Part shown: piece after piece, positions 7,936 through 17,508 of the stretch | Layout: every line of letters begins with the position of its first letter | Numbering within the stretch: the first letter of the stretch is position 1 | Source: Methanocella sp. | GTDB lineage: Archaea > Thermoproteota > Bathyarchaeia > Bathyarchaeales > Bathycorpusculaceae | Length of the DNA: 64,000 bases | Reading direction: 5' to 3' | NCBI GenBank assembly: GCA_050261115.1 | Contig: JBLNCY010000057.1 | Span: 10,999 to 74,998, forward strand | Notes under the pieces: model-generated | Databases searched by the model: none | What the model was told of the DNA's origin: nothing | Seen by the model: the letters and a program-made list of their open reading frames with translations, nothing else | Made by a program: the position numbers and the translations under genes

Positions 7936-10225
7936 TACACGTGGCTGGATTCTGGACGCTTACCCCTCCGAATACGGTAAGGTCGCAGTGTGGGTTATAT
8001 CTGACTCAGGAAAACGCATAAAGTTCACTGACCGGTTTAACCCCTGCATCTATGTATCTGCAGCCAAACAAGACGACCTAGACCTACTACTGACCAAACT
8101 CTACAATAACCAAAAGATTGCTTCACTGCGGTTTACCGAAAAGTATGCTCAGCCAACGGACAGCCAAAAGTCAAGGGTGCTAGAGTTAACTGTTAAGGAT
8201 TGCCGGCATATTTCCTCCTTGGAGCTGGAGCTGCTCCGTTTGGGTGACTACCTTAGATACGAAGTCTATAACTGTGATGTGCAGAGTGATAGATCTTACT
8301 TTTACAGTCGTGACCTCTTCCCATTGGCGTACTTGGAGGTTAGGGTTAGCAAAGATGGCTTGGAATATACTTTGCTGGATGATGTAAGAAGCACCAGCTA
8401 TGCAATTCCAAAGTTGCGTGTGATGCACCTAGATGTGGATGTTGCCAAGAAAGATTTTATCCCCCGCTTTGAGGACCCCATCGATAGAATCCGTTTTCAA
8501 ATCGACGGTCAGGAAGTTGCGATAGACTATGGGGATGAAGCCACCAAACTTCTCCAACTTGCCTATGCAGTAAAAGAGTTAGACCCCGACGTAATCGTAA
8601 CCTCCGTAGGCGACTCATACCTCTTCCCATACCTAATACAGCGCGCCAACGCCAACGAAGTCCTCGACCAATTCATACTCAGCCGAGACCACAAACCCTT
8701 CAACCACAAAACCCCCACAGCGGCGGGTCATACATACTTCTCTTATGGCCACACATTTTACCGCGCCAGCCCGGTACGGTTGTATGGGCGAATACATATC
8801 GACAAAAGTAACACGTTCATTATGAAAGAGGCAGGGTTTGACGGCTTATTTGAAATTGCCCGCACTTGTCGGGTTCCACTTCATACGGCGGCTCGCTTCT
8901 CGATCGGCTCGAGTATGTCTTCTATTCAGTTCTATCAAGCTCTAAAAGATGATCGACTGCTGCCCCGTAACAAGAAAACTCCTGAGGTTTTCAAATCCGC
9001 ACTGGACCTCTTAGTCGGCGACCGAGGCGGTTTCATCTTTGAACCCAGAGTGGGCGTTCATGACGCAGTAGGTGAAGTAGACTTCTCCTCCATGTACCCT
9101 TCACTTATGAAGAAATATAACATTTCAGCAGAAACCATTCTCTGTAACTGCTGCCCCGATTCAGACATACACATCCCAGACTTAAACTATCACATATGCA
9201 GAAAGCATCAGGGCATGGTGCCTAAAACAGTAGAGTTAGCGTTAACTAAACGTTTAACCTACAAACGCCTAAGAGACCAAGCCACCGATGAACGGCAAAA
9301 ACAAATCTATGATCGGCGCCAGACGGCTCTAAAATGGATACTGGTTACCTGTTTTGGCTACTTGGGGTTTAGTAACTCCAAGTTTGGAACCGTTGACGGC
9401 CATATTGGTGTATGTGCGTTTGCTCGGGAGATCTTTCTAAAATCGACGCATCTTGCAGAAGAGCAGGGCTTTGAAGTGGTGCATGGCATTGTAGATTCGC
9501 TGTGGCTTAAAAAAGACGGCGCAACACATGAGGACTACCAGAAACTATGCCAGTTAATCTCTGATGAGACGGGTATACCAATTAATTTTGAGGGGCAATA
9601 TAAGTGGATAATGTTTCTGCCCTCGCGGCTCCACCCCAAGATTGGCGTGTTGAACCGTTACCTAGGCGTTATGGATAGCGGTAAAATTAAGGTTCGCGGT
9701 TTAGAAGTACGGAAACGGGATTCACCCCGCTTTGTGTACAACGCCCAAACTGACATGATAAATGTTCTAGCCAATGCTAACAACGCCAAGGAGCTTTATG
9801 GGCAGATTCCTGAGGCAATTAAGGTTCTTCGAGAGTACCGCCAGCGCCTGCTGAATGGCAAGGTGCCGCTCTCAGAATTAGTGGTTTCAAAGCACATGTC
9901 AAAAGAGCCTAAACGTTACCGCCAACAGGTAAGCCAAGTCATAGTTGCAAAGCAGCTAGCCCCCCATGGTTTCGAAGTGCAGGCGGGAACCAACACCGCG
10001 TTCCTCTACACCAGCCACAGGCATAAGCGTTACGAGCGCAGGGTTAAGGCGGCGCAGTTAATCGAGAAAAACACTAACCCAGATACAAGAAATTATTTGA
10101 TGTTGCTCTATGCGTCGGCTGCAAACCTGTTGAGTTTTGCTGGATATACAATAGAAAAAGTGTATGATTCAGTTAGAGGCCAACGGCAAGAATGCATCCT
10201 TCAAAAGTGGGAGAAAAGCGGGTAG
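7904..10225 (+). CDS. polB2: Family B DNA polymerase, PolB2 type
   Basis: Motif A DFSSMYPS, motif B KWILVTCFGYLG, motif C HGIVDS instead of YGDTDS, degenerate exonuclease motifs. Conserved GWILDAYP lies upstream of the first canonical start (7988); start position uncertain. Confidence 0.9.
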   Translation, partial: LKPNSQPPPSSTRGWILDAYPSEYGKVAVWVISDSGKRIKFTDRFNPCIYVSAAKQDDLDLLLTKLYNNQKIASLRFTEKYAQPTDSQKSRVLELTVKDCRHISSLELELLRLGDYLRYEVYNCDVQSDRSYFYSRDLFPLAYLEVRVSKDGLEYTLLDDVRSTSYAIPKLRVMHLDVDVAKKDFIPRFEDPIDRIRFQIDGQEVAIDYGDEATKLLQLAYAVKELDPDVIVTSVGDSYLFPYLIQRANANEVLDQFILSRDHKPFNHKTPTAAGHTYFSYGHTFYRASPVRLYGRIHIDKSNTFIMKEAGFDGLFEIARTCRVPLHTAARFSIGSSMSSIQFYQALKDDRLLPRNKKTPEVFKSALDLLVGDRGGFIFEPRVGVHDAVGEVDFSSMYPSLMKKYNISAETILCNCCPDSDIHIPDLNYHICRKHQGMVPKTVELALTKRLTYKRLRDQATDERQKQIYDRRQTALKWILVTCFGYLGFSNSKFGTVDGHIGVCAFAREIFLKSTHLAEEQGFEVVHGIVDSLWLKKDGATHEDYQKLCQLISDETGIPINFEGQYKWIMFLPSRLHPKIGVLNRYLGVMDSGKIKVRGLEVRKRDSPRFVYNAQTDMINVLANANNAKELYGQIPEAIKVLREYRQRLLNGKVPLSELVVSKHMSKEPKRYRQQVSQVIVAKQLAPHGFEVQAGTNTAFLYTSHRHKRYERRVKAAQLIEKNTNPDTRNYLMLLYASAANLLSFAGYTIEKVYDSVRGQRQECILQKWEKSG

Positions 10226-11449
10226 TTATTCTTTCCAGTGCTGTAGAGCCAGCCGGAGTTCTTTGTGGGTTTTTGCGTAGTCTTCAAGCGTGCTATTCTG
10301 AAGCACCGCATCGACGGCTTGCCGCATGGCTTTAGCGCCATTAACTGTGCCCTCAGGGTGCCCATGAATACCGCCGCCAGCCTGCAACACTACATCGTTA
10401 CCAAACGTCTCTATCAAGGCGGGAACAAGTTGGGGATGCAAGCCACCGGACGCCACAGGTAAAACGGGCGCTAAGTCCCCCATCTCCATTTTACAAGCAG
10501 CAATATTCTCAAGCACCTCATCTTTTGTTTCCGACATTTTCCCAACTACCGTACCCACATGTAGTTGGTCTACACCTATGACTCTGGCTACTTTCGCAAT
10601 GGGTTTCATCGCGATGCCATGCAGCGGGTTTTTGGTGAATGCGGCGTGCCCAGCGCGGTGAGCATGAATAACCAGACGTAGATTCTGGTTCCGAAGCGTT
10701 TGCAGCGCTGACCAGCCACAAGTCAGTATGTCAACCATTACGTATTCGCCGCCCTGATCCACCACCATCTGTGCCCGCTCAAGCATCACATCGGTCTCGG
10801 CAGTGATGTTAACCATGTAAACTTTGCGTTCGCCAGTCTCATCTTGGGCTTTGTCGAGGGCGTCTAGGGTGTGGATAAGTCGGTCTTCGAAGGGGTTGAA
10901 TTTTTGGCTGCTTAGGTTCTCGTCGTCTTTAACGATGTCGCAACCGCCTAGGCATGCTTCGTAGGCTACTTGGGCGTGGTCTTTGGTGTTTAAGCCAAGT
11001 TTAGGTTTTATGATGGTGCCTACAAGGGGGCGTTTTGGGACTTTTAGAAGTTTGCGGATGCCGTTGATGCCGTATTGGGGACCCTTAAAGCCACTGATTA
11101 GGGCTTTAGGGAACTCTACGTCTAGGAGCCGCAGGTTCTTTAGTGCTTTTAGTCCAAACACGTTTCCGGCGACGCTGGAGAGTATGTTTGGCATGCTGCC
11201 CTGCTCAAAAAGCTCAATGGGGTAGGCGATTTTAATTGTGTTGCCCTCTATGCTGTAGACGTGGGCAGCCAGCTTTTTCACGTAGGATTTCTCGGTGGTG
11301 AGTTCGGTCCAGGTGCCCACAGAGCTTTCTGCTGCTACGCCGCCGGCGGCCTCTTTTAGGCTGATGCCGTCGGGTTCCACGTAGAATGTGCAAAGCAGAT
11401 CGGTTTCTTTGGGTTTGTAGGATTGATTAACGAAATCAAGGTACTTCAA
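10226..11449 (-). CDS. rbcL: RuBisCO form III
   Basis: AAESSVGTW, GTIIKPKLG, KDDEN, HAHRAGH, SGG and GGG motifs; GGAGG SD before TTG. Confidence 0.96.
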   Translation of the reverse strand: MKYLDFVNQSYKPKETDLLCTFYVEPDGISLKEAAGGVAAESSVGTWTELTTEKSYVKKLAAHVYSIEGNTIKIAYPIELFEQGSMPNILSSVAGNVFGLKALKNLRLLDVEFPKALISGFKGPQYGINGIRKLLKVPKRPLVGTIIKPKLGLNTKDHAQVAYEACLGGCDIVKDDENLSSQKFNPFEDRLIHTLDALDKAQDETGERKVYMVNITAETDVMLERAQMVVDQGGEYVMVDILTCGWSALQTLRNQNLRLVIHAHRAGHAAFTKNPLHGIAMKPIAKVARVIGVDQLHVGTVVGKMSETKDEVLENIAACKMEMGDLAPVLPVASGGLHPQLVPALIETFGNDVVLQAGGGIHGHPEGTVNGAKAMRQAVDAVLQNSTLEDYAKTHKELRLALQHWKE

Positions 11450-11530
11450 AGCGCACCCTCCAAAGAATAATCGTGTCTGAAGCTATAAAACCTTTAACTA
11501 GCAAGTTCGCTTATTTTAGATTGATCGGGT

Positions 11531-13078
11531 ATGGAGCTTGTTGTAGAGTTACTAAACATTACCACGGGCGGAAACCGCATAGCCCTCATAAACCAACAAA
11601 CCGCAAACGAGCTGGGCGTCCACAGTTCTGACCGTATAAGAATCAGCTATGGCGGCAAAACCATGATAGCCATCGTCAACACCGCAGAGCATTTCCCCGC
11701 AGATCGCATTGGGCTCTTTGAAGAAACCGAAGCGGTGCTTAAAGGAGTAAAAGACGGCGACACAGTAGAGGTGATGTTGGCGTCTCTGCCTGAATCACTT
11801 TTTAACATTCGAGCAAAGCTGCGCGGCGAACGACTCAGAGATAGAGATATGGTTGCCATCGTGAAGGATGTTGTTGAGCACCATCTAAGTACGGTGGAGA
11901 TCGCGGGGTTTCTGACCGCTTTGAGTTTTTACGGTTTAAGCACAGCGGAAACGGAAGCGCTATCAAGAGCCATGATTACAACAGGTCAAACAATAGACTT
12001 TGGACCCGGCCCCATCCTTGACAAGCACAGCGTGGGAGGAATTCCCGGTGACAAAACAAGTATGATGGTGGTTCCCATCGTTGCCGCAGCAGGCTTCACC
12101 ATCCCAAAAACCTCCTCACGCGCCATAACCTCGCCTGCCGGAACAGCCGACCGAGTCGAGACACTTTGCCCAGTCAACCTGAGCATGGAAGAAATCAAAG
12201 CAGTAGTCAAGAAAACCGGGGGCTGCCTAGTCTGGGGCGGCGCCCTAGACCTTGCACCGGCAGATGATCTATTCATACAAGTTGAGTACCCCCTAGGAAT
12301 TGACCCCATGCTTTTACCCTCCATTTTGAGTAAAAAGAAAGCCATGGGCGCAACACATGTCGCCATCGATATACCAACGGGTATGGCAGCGAAGATTAAA
12401 ACAAGGCAAGAGGCCTACTCGCTTGCTTCGGATTTTGTGGATTTAGGTAAACGCTTAGGCATGAACATACAGTGCGCGTTAACCTTCGGTGACCAGCCGC
12501 TAGGCTGCAGCATGGGTCCAGCGTTAGAAGCAAAAGAAGCCCTAGAAACACTCATGGGCAAGGGTTCACCTGATTTACGTGAGAAAGCAGTTAGCCTTGC
12601 AGGTATGCTTTTTGAAATGGCCGGCGTGGAGAACCCGCGGGGTATGGCTGAGGAAATGGTGGATTCAGGTAAAGCCGTACAGAAACTACGTCAAATCATC
12701 GCTGAGCAAGGCGGCAACCCAGACGTTAAACCCGTAGATCTACCTGTCGGGCCTAAGCATGCCTCGGTTCGCTCTGACCGCGCCGGAAAAGTGCTCTGGT
12801 TAAGCACAGAAGACATTGTAAGAATCGCGCGGATGGCGGGTGCACCAAAAGATAAAGGTGCTGGAGTTGTGCTGCGTGCAAAGCTGGGAGAAGCCGTACG
12901 CAAGGACGGCGTACTGTTTGAGGTTTACGCTGAGCGTGCCAGCAAATTAGCCGCGGCACTAGAGTTAGCGAATTCTCTTAAGCCAATCGCGTTAAGCAGA
13001 AAGCCAGAAGAGAAGATGGTGATAGACACTATCCCCGAGAAGGTAACACATGAAAAAGAGTTCGTGATAGACCGATAA
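11531..13078 (+). CDS. deoA: AMP phosphorylase
   Basis: DKHSVGGIPGDK, KTSSRAITSPAGTAD, SILSKK, plus the N-terminal beta-barrel extension of archaeal AMPpase; divergent from rbcL. Confidence 0.95.
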   Translation: MELVVELLNITTGGNRIALINQQTANELGVHSSDRIRISYGGKTMIAIVNTAEHFPADRIGLFEETEAVLKGVKDGDTVEVMLASLPESLFNIRAKLRGERLRDRDMVAIVKDVVEHHLSTVEIAGFLTALSFYGLSTAETEALSRAMITTGQTIDFGPGPILDKHSVGGIPGDKTSMMVVPIVAAAGFTIPKTSSRAITSPAGTADRVETLCPVNLSMEEIKAVVKKTGGCLVWGGALDLAPADDLFIQVEYPLGIDPMLLPSILSKKKAMGATHVAIDIPTGMAAKIKTRQEAYSLASDFVDLGKRLGMNIQCALTFGDQPLGCSMGPALEAKEALETLMGKGSPDLREKAVSLAGMLFEMAGVENPRGMAEEMVDSGKAVQKLRQIIAEQGGNPDVKPVDLPVGPKHASVRSDRAGKVLWLSTEDIVRIARMAGAPKDKGAGVVLRAKLGEAVRKDGVLFEVYAERASKLAAALELANSLKPIALSRKPEEKMVIDTIPEKVTHEKEFVIDR

Positions 13079-13090
13079 GACACGCAAACG

Positions 13091-13456
13091 CTACCCGGTG
13101 ATGGCTCCCCCGATTAAGCCGCCGATAGCTGAAACAATACCTGCAAACAGCGCGAGCAAAATCGCCAGTAAACCAATCCCCAATCCCGCCAAGCCACCGA
13201 ATAAGGCGCCGCCTAAACCTGAAGTGACACCGCCCAAAATCGTCAAGCCGACAAACGCCAAAACAGCAACAATTAGACCTCCGAAAATGCCCGCCAAGAA
13301 ACCCGCAAGCAATCCTCTGCCGGTGCCCCGAGCGATTAAGCCAGCGATAATTCCTCCGATAAAGCCGCCTAGCAAATGACCAATCCCGGGGAAGAAGAAG
13401 GCAATTGCCACAGTAACCAAGAACCCAACGAATGCTCCAAGCCCAATACTAGCCAA
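13091..13456 (-). CDS. Gly-rich membrane protein (DUF5518-like)
   Basis: Four Gly-rich TM segments; GGTGA SD 6 nt before TTG. Confidence 0.75.
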   Translation of the reverse strand: MASIGLGAFVGFLVTVAIAFFFPGIGHLLGGFIGGIIAGLIARGTGRGLLAGFLAGIFGGLIVAVLAFVGLTILGGVTSGLGGALFGGLAGLGIGLLAILLALFAGIVSAIGGLIGGAITG

Positions 13457-13605
13457 AATTTTTCACCATTTATTTACCGAGTGGCTGGTTTGATATTGCT
13501 TTGTTGGTGTATGGCTACAGTAACTGTGCACCAGCTTCTGCGGTTACCGCTTTAAGAAGAAAAGAAACGGAACCTACTTGTTGCCTGTTCCCTTAGAGAT
13601 GGAGG

Positions 13606-13971
13606 TTAGTGGCTGATTAGTCCGCCGAAAAATCCTGCGACGGCTGAGGCAACTGTGGCGACGATGCTGACAAGTATGCTAAGAGCAGTGCCCATGATAC
13701 CCGCAAGGAAAGCCCCCAGCAGGCCGTAGCCTTCGCCGCCAGCCCATGCAAACCCCGTCAATGCGATGAGCCCTAAGAGCACGGCGCTTAAGATGCCAAC
13801 TACTAAGCCAGCGAAGGCCCCTTTGAGGGCGCCTCTGACTATGAGGCCCGATATTAATCCGCCGAGTAAGCCGCCGCCTATGTGCCCGATGCCGGGGTAC
13901 ATAAGGCTAATGACAACTGTTACAACAAACCCTATGAATATGCCAAGTCCAAAGCGACCCATAGCCATCAC
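13606..13971 (-). CDS. Gly-rich membrane protein (DUF5518-like), tandem paralog
   Basis: Aligns along its length with 13091-13456 (PGIGH.GG..GG...GL..RG). Confidence 0.75.
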   Translation of the reverse strand: MMAMGRFGLGIFIGFVVTVVISLMYPGIGHIGGGLLGGLISGLIVRGALKGAFAGLVVGILSAVLLGLIALTGFAWAGGEGYGLLGAFLAGIMGTALSILVSIVATVASAVAGFFGGLISH

Positions 13972-14016
13972 AACAGTTACTTTCCAAAGGAAAAATAGAG
14001 AATAAAAAGATTGTTC

Positions 14017-14715
14017 CTATCTTGACCGCTCAGAGCGAACTTTAGGCGCAAGCAGCACCCAGAGCCACTCAGTAAACTCCTGAATGTTCTTGGTCTGAAT
14101 ATGCACCTCGCCGGGGCCAGTGATTTGGGTAACTAAGCCCTCGCCGCTTAGCAGAGTTTCTTTCATTCCGCCGATTCGGGTAACCTTGTAGCTGCAGGAC
14201 TCGCTAAACCCAACAAGGTGAAAGTTATCCACAATCAACGTTTGGCCAGCTGCTAGACGGTGTGTATCGATGGCGCCGAACGTGTTGATGAACATTTGAC
14301 CACTGCCAGTGGCTCGAATCATAAAAAGCCCGTTACCAAAAAGGCCTTTAGTAAAGCCTTCCCACTTAACATCCAAGTCTATGCCCTGTGTTGAGGCAAT
14401 GTAGGCTGATTTCTGGATGATGTACCCGGCTCCCGGTGCGATGTCAAGTTGTTTGATGTCGCCGACAGGGGCAGCTACGAAACCTGCCTCGCCCGGTCCG
14501 TTTGCGGCGACAAAGTCGTTAACCCAAAAGGATTGACCGCCTATGAGGCTTAAGCCTAGGCTGCCCCAGAGACTTCTTTCTCGTTTGCGGGTGTGGACTT
14601 CTATGTTGGGGGTCATGTATGTCATGGCGCCAGATTCTGCGGTGATTTGTTCGCCTTGGTTTAGTTTGGCGACTAACATGGCGTATGAGGGTTGATATTT
14701 GATTTCAAAGTTCAT
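14017..14715 (-). CDS. AIM24/TIGR00266 family protein
   Basis: L..GE.ITAESGAM..M, GG.SF..N.F, G.GLF...A.G.G, VDNFHLV, GEGLV...GPG...IQT. Confidence 0.9.
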   Translation of the reverse strand: MNFEIKYQPSYAMLVAKLNQGEQITAESGAMTYMTPNIEVHTRKRERSLWGSLGLSLIGGQSFWVNDFVAANGPGEAGFVAAPVGDIKQLDIAPGAGYIIQKSAYIASTQGIDLDVKWEGFTKGLFGNGLFMIRATGSGQMFINTFGAIDTHRLAAGQTLIVDNFHLVGFSESCSYKVTRIGGMKETLLSGEGLVTQITGPGEVHIQTKNIQEFTEWLWVLLAPKVRSERSR

Positions 14716-14798
14716 GTTCTTTCCCAGACTTGTTATTTGCACTATGCGTTTAGTCGTATGCTTGCTTAAAAAATGTTACAACAAAAAAGAAGGGATAA

Positions 14799-15743
14799 TT
14801 AGGTTGGTGGAGGCGGGGGCGGAGGCAGACCTGTGCCAGATCTACGTTTGCGCATTATCACCACTAACACAACCACTACTATCACAACAACAGCGATCGA
14901 TACTGCTAGTAAGGTTAGATCACTAAAGGGTGATTGTGTCGTTGGGGCTATGGTTGGCGTTGAGGTGGGAGCGGGGGTTGCTGTAAGTGCAACTGTTGTT
15001 GGTTCAGGCGTTGCCGTGGCGTCTGTGCTAGGAGTTGGGGTCTCGGTTGGTGCGGGGGTAGGGGTTGGAAATGGGTCAAGCGTGTCGCTCATTGTTACGG
15101 TGTCAAGATAGACGTTACCTGTCGTGTATCCTAGATTTAATAAAGAGCCTAAGTTGATTGCTTTTGCAGCGTAAGGAAGCGCAAGATTAGAACCGGAGTA
15201 TACCAATTTGCTGTCAATCCAAAGCTGACAGGCTCCGTTAGTTGCTCCTGTTTGGATTGTTTCGGTGATACGGTACCATACACCCTGCGTTATCCCTTCG
15301 GGAATGAATACATCCATGGCTGAACCATAGCCCACTAATCGCCAGCCTAAATCGCCTGTGCCATTGCAAGATAGAAATAGACGGGTTATTGGGCTACTGG
15401 TTTGGTCATCGACAATTTCAGTAATTTTAATCATTGCTCCCGCCGTCGCGTTAACGGTATCTATTTGAAAAAAGAAGTCCAGAGTTACGGCACTTGAAGG
15501 TGCAAAGCCATATTGAATGTATGCGGAGTTGTCGATGGGTAGCTGCGCTATGTGGCTTCCGTTTACGCTTGGAGGTGTTGAAACGATAGTGGGGTCACCA
15601 CTGGTGAACCAGATTGAGAAGTCGGTTTCAAAGTCCTCCTGCAGTACAACACTGCCCTGTGCGTTAGATAATGTGCCTAATATGGCCGCTATGGCGAGCA
15701 ACATAACTGCGATAAATGTGTTTAATTTTAGTTTATTGTTGAC
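14799..15743 (-). CDS. Membrane-anchored surface protein: beta-sandwich (LamG/lyase-like) domain, Pro/Thr linker, TM anchor, poly-Pro tail
   Basis: Signal-like N-terminus, EDFE, W.R..., LWID.KLV, PTPTP linker, TM + RKRR, C-terminal PPPPPPPT; start possibly GTC 15743 (ORF track 15704). Confidence 0.75.
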   Translation of the reverse strand, partial: VNNKLKLNTFIAVMLLAIAAILGTLSNAQGSVVLQEDFETDFSIWFTSGDPTIVSTPPSVNGSHIAQLPIDNSAYIQYGFAPSSAVTLDFFFQIDTVNATAGAMIKITEIVDDQTSSPITRLFLSCNGTGDLGWRLVGYGSAMDVFIPEGITQGVWYRITETIQTGATNGACQLWIDSKLVYSGSNLALPYAAKAINLGSLLNLGYTTGNVYLDTVTMSDTLDPFPTPTPAPTETPTPSTDATATPEPTTVALTATPAPTSTPTIAPTTQSPFSDLTLLAVSIAVVVIVVVVLVVIMRKRRSGTGLPPPPPPPT

Positions 15744-15946
15744 ATAATTTTCACTTTAACTACCGGTAACACGCTATCAGGTATGTACTATAAATGTTTT
15801 TTATCCCCCATTGAACCATTGGTTACACCATCTTACCGATATACCGCCTGATTTACCCGTGGTTATTGCGGTAATTATAATAGACGCCGAATCAAACGAT
15901 GTAACGCAAAAAAGAGCAATGGCACAGTTAAGGGCACGGCATCCAC

Positions 15947-16651
15947 ATGGGTCAGGTTTGGGTAATACTAAAGAAAACATTTAGCATGGCACTAATCTTC
16001 AACGCCTTAATCTCTGTCACCGCCGTTGCGGGTATGCTCTATGGGTTCTACACCTCTGACCCGCCATGGCACCCTTTTGCACCTTTTCTGTTTGATGGCA
16101 ACCTATTCTGGTTGGCGCTTGCAGCAGGGGTTCTATGCATTTTTCCAGCCGCCGCAACAGGCAGATCACTCCATACCGGCAGATTCCTTTTCCATCACTA
16201 TGTGTATGGTTTTATTGTTGTTGTGATAACAGCAGTTCTTGTCACGGTATTCACGCCTTACTCAGCAATCAGCATGTTCTTTGTTGACTCCAACGATGTA
16301 GGCGTTAATGCAGCTCGAACCTTCTTTCTGGCTGGATTAGCCCTATTCTTGGACGATATGCCCGATGTTTCTTTACACACCGAGAGGGGCTTAAACTGGT
16401 TAAAAACCAAATGCTGCTACATCAAAAGAACCCTCCACTACGCCACATTGGTCACGGGCATATTTGCAATATACACAGCACTCGCAATGACAGCATACAC
16501 CATCACAGACAACTATTACAGGTGGCTACCTAACTCGTTTGGTATAGGCACCCTAATCATAACAGGCATAATGTGCATCGGGTTCTTTGTAAGAAAAGAT
16601 TGGCTTAAGATAACTCCGCCCGAGCCTAAACAGCCTAAGCTTTTTGCTTAG
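15947..16651 (+). CDS. Polytopic membrane protein of unknown function
   Basis: About 6 hydrophobic segments, HHY motif, coding-like composition. Confidence 0.7.
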   Translation: MGQVWVILKKTFSMALIFNALISVTAVAGMLYGFYTSDPPWHPFAPFLFDGNLFWLALAAGVLCIFPAAATGRSLHTGRFLFHHYVYGFIVVVITAVLVTVFTPYSAISMFFVDSNDVGVNAARTFFLAGLALFLDDMPDVSLHTERGLNWLKTKCCYIKRTLHYATLVTGIFAIYTALAMTAYTITDNYYRWLPNSFGIGTLIITGIMCIGFFVRKDWLKITPPEPKQPKLFA

Positions 16652-17390
16652 TTATCTCTTTACCGATTAACTCTAGCTGGTTTCGGGATAAGCGCTTTGC
16701 CCCTCGGGATTTGAGGTAGTTAGGTAACTGTGGGAGCGTAAGAACAGGCACAGTGGGGTTGTTTAGGTGCAAGATGGCATGCTTGTTGGTTATAACTACG
16801 ATGCCTTCAACCCAGACCCCCAGCGCGCGAAGGTTTGGCGAGTTATCGATTATGTTTCTGATTTTAGCTACGTTACGTTTGACTTGGCTGCTGGGGCTTG
16901 AGACCATAGTCTGGTTTCTGTCGCGCCGCCATTCATCGCCGTTGCATGTTATGTTGCCGCTCCAGTTCTTTGTCTCCAAGACAAATACGCCATTGGGCGC
17001 CAAGACGACATGGTCGATGTCTCCTCCACCGCCCTGTAGGTAGAGGTCATTTATGAGGTAGTAGTCGTCACTTAGGCTGCTTTGGAGTAGGTCAGCTACC
17101 TGTTTTTCACCCAGCCTGCCGCCGCTAAAAACACGGTACCTGCGCATGTAAATGTAAAAGCCTACCAACAGCCCTATCAACAGAATGAGGCCAGGGAGAA
17201 ATACGAGTAGACCCTCTGTTGAAAAGATAGAGATTGAAAGAAACAAAAGCCCATACAACAATGCGGCCCCAACCGCTCCACAAGCGATGAGGCATAGCGA
17301 TGCTTTGGCAAGGTTTTTCATTGTCTGGTTCTTGAGGTAACTGCTTGACGCTTTAATCCTACGCATACCAGAAGCATTAGCCGCCACCAT
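16635..17390 (-). CDS. NERD (nuclease-related) domain protein with N-terminal TM helices
   Basis: G..GEK.V...L, INDLYL...GDIDHVVL.PNGVFVLETKNWSG, SP..QV.RN. Confidence 0.88.
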   Translation of the reverse strand: MVAANASGMRRIKASSSYLKNQTMKNLAKASLCLIACGAVGAALLYGLLFLSISIFSTEGLLVFLPGLILLIGLLVGFYIYMRRYRVFSGGRLGEKQVADLLQSSLSDDYYLINDLYLQGGGGDIDHVVLAPNGVFVLETKNWSGNITCNGDEWRRDRNQTMVSSPSSQVKRNVAKIRNIIDNSPNLRALGVWVEGIVVITNKHAILHLNNPTVPVLTLPQLPNYLKSRGAKRLSRNQLELIGKEITKQKA

Positions 17391-17508
17391 ATATTACACT
17401 ATTCCAAACAAAGCCACATAGTTGGGTGTTCCTTTTGGGGAACGGGCTGTTCTTTGGGGAGAGCTATAAGCGCGTACCTGTCATCTTGTACACTCAGGTG
17501 ACAAACGA

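Noticed and set aside
10226-11449. RuBisCO as evidence of a Calvin cycle
   Set aside because: Form III next to AMP phosphorylase indicates nucleotide salvage; no phosphoribulokinase in the window.
16630-16651. QPKLF tail of a membrane protein, and QKRLF of the metallopeptidase, as clamp-binding motifs
   Set aside because: QxxLF is the bacterial beta-clamp pattern, and its presence on an unrelated membrane protein shows it arises by chance.
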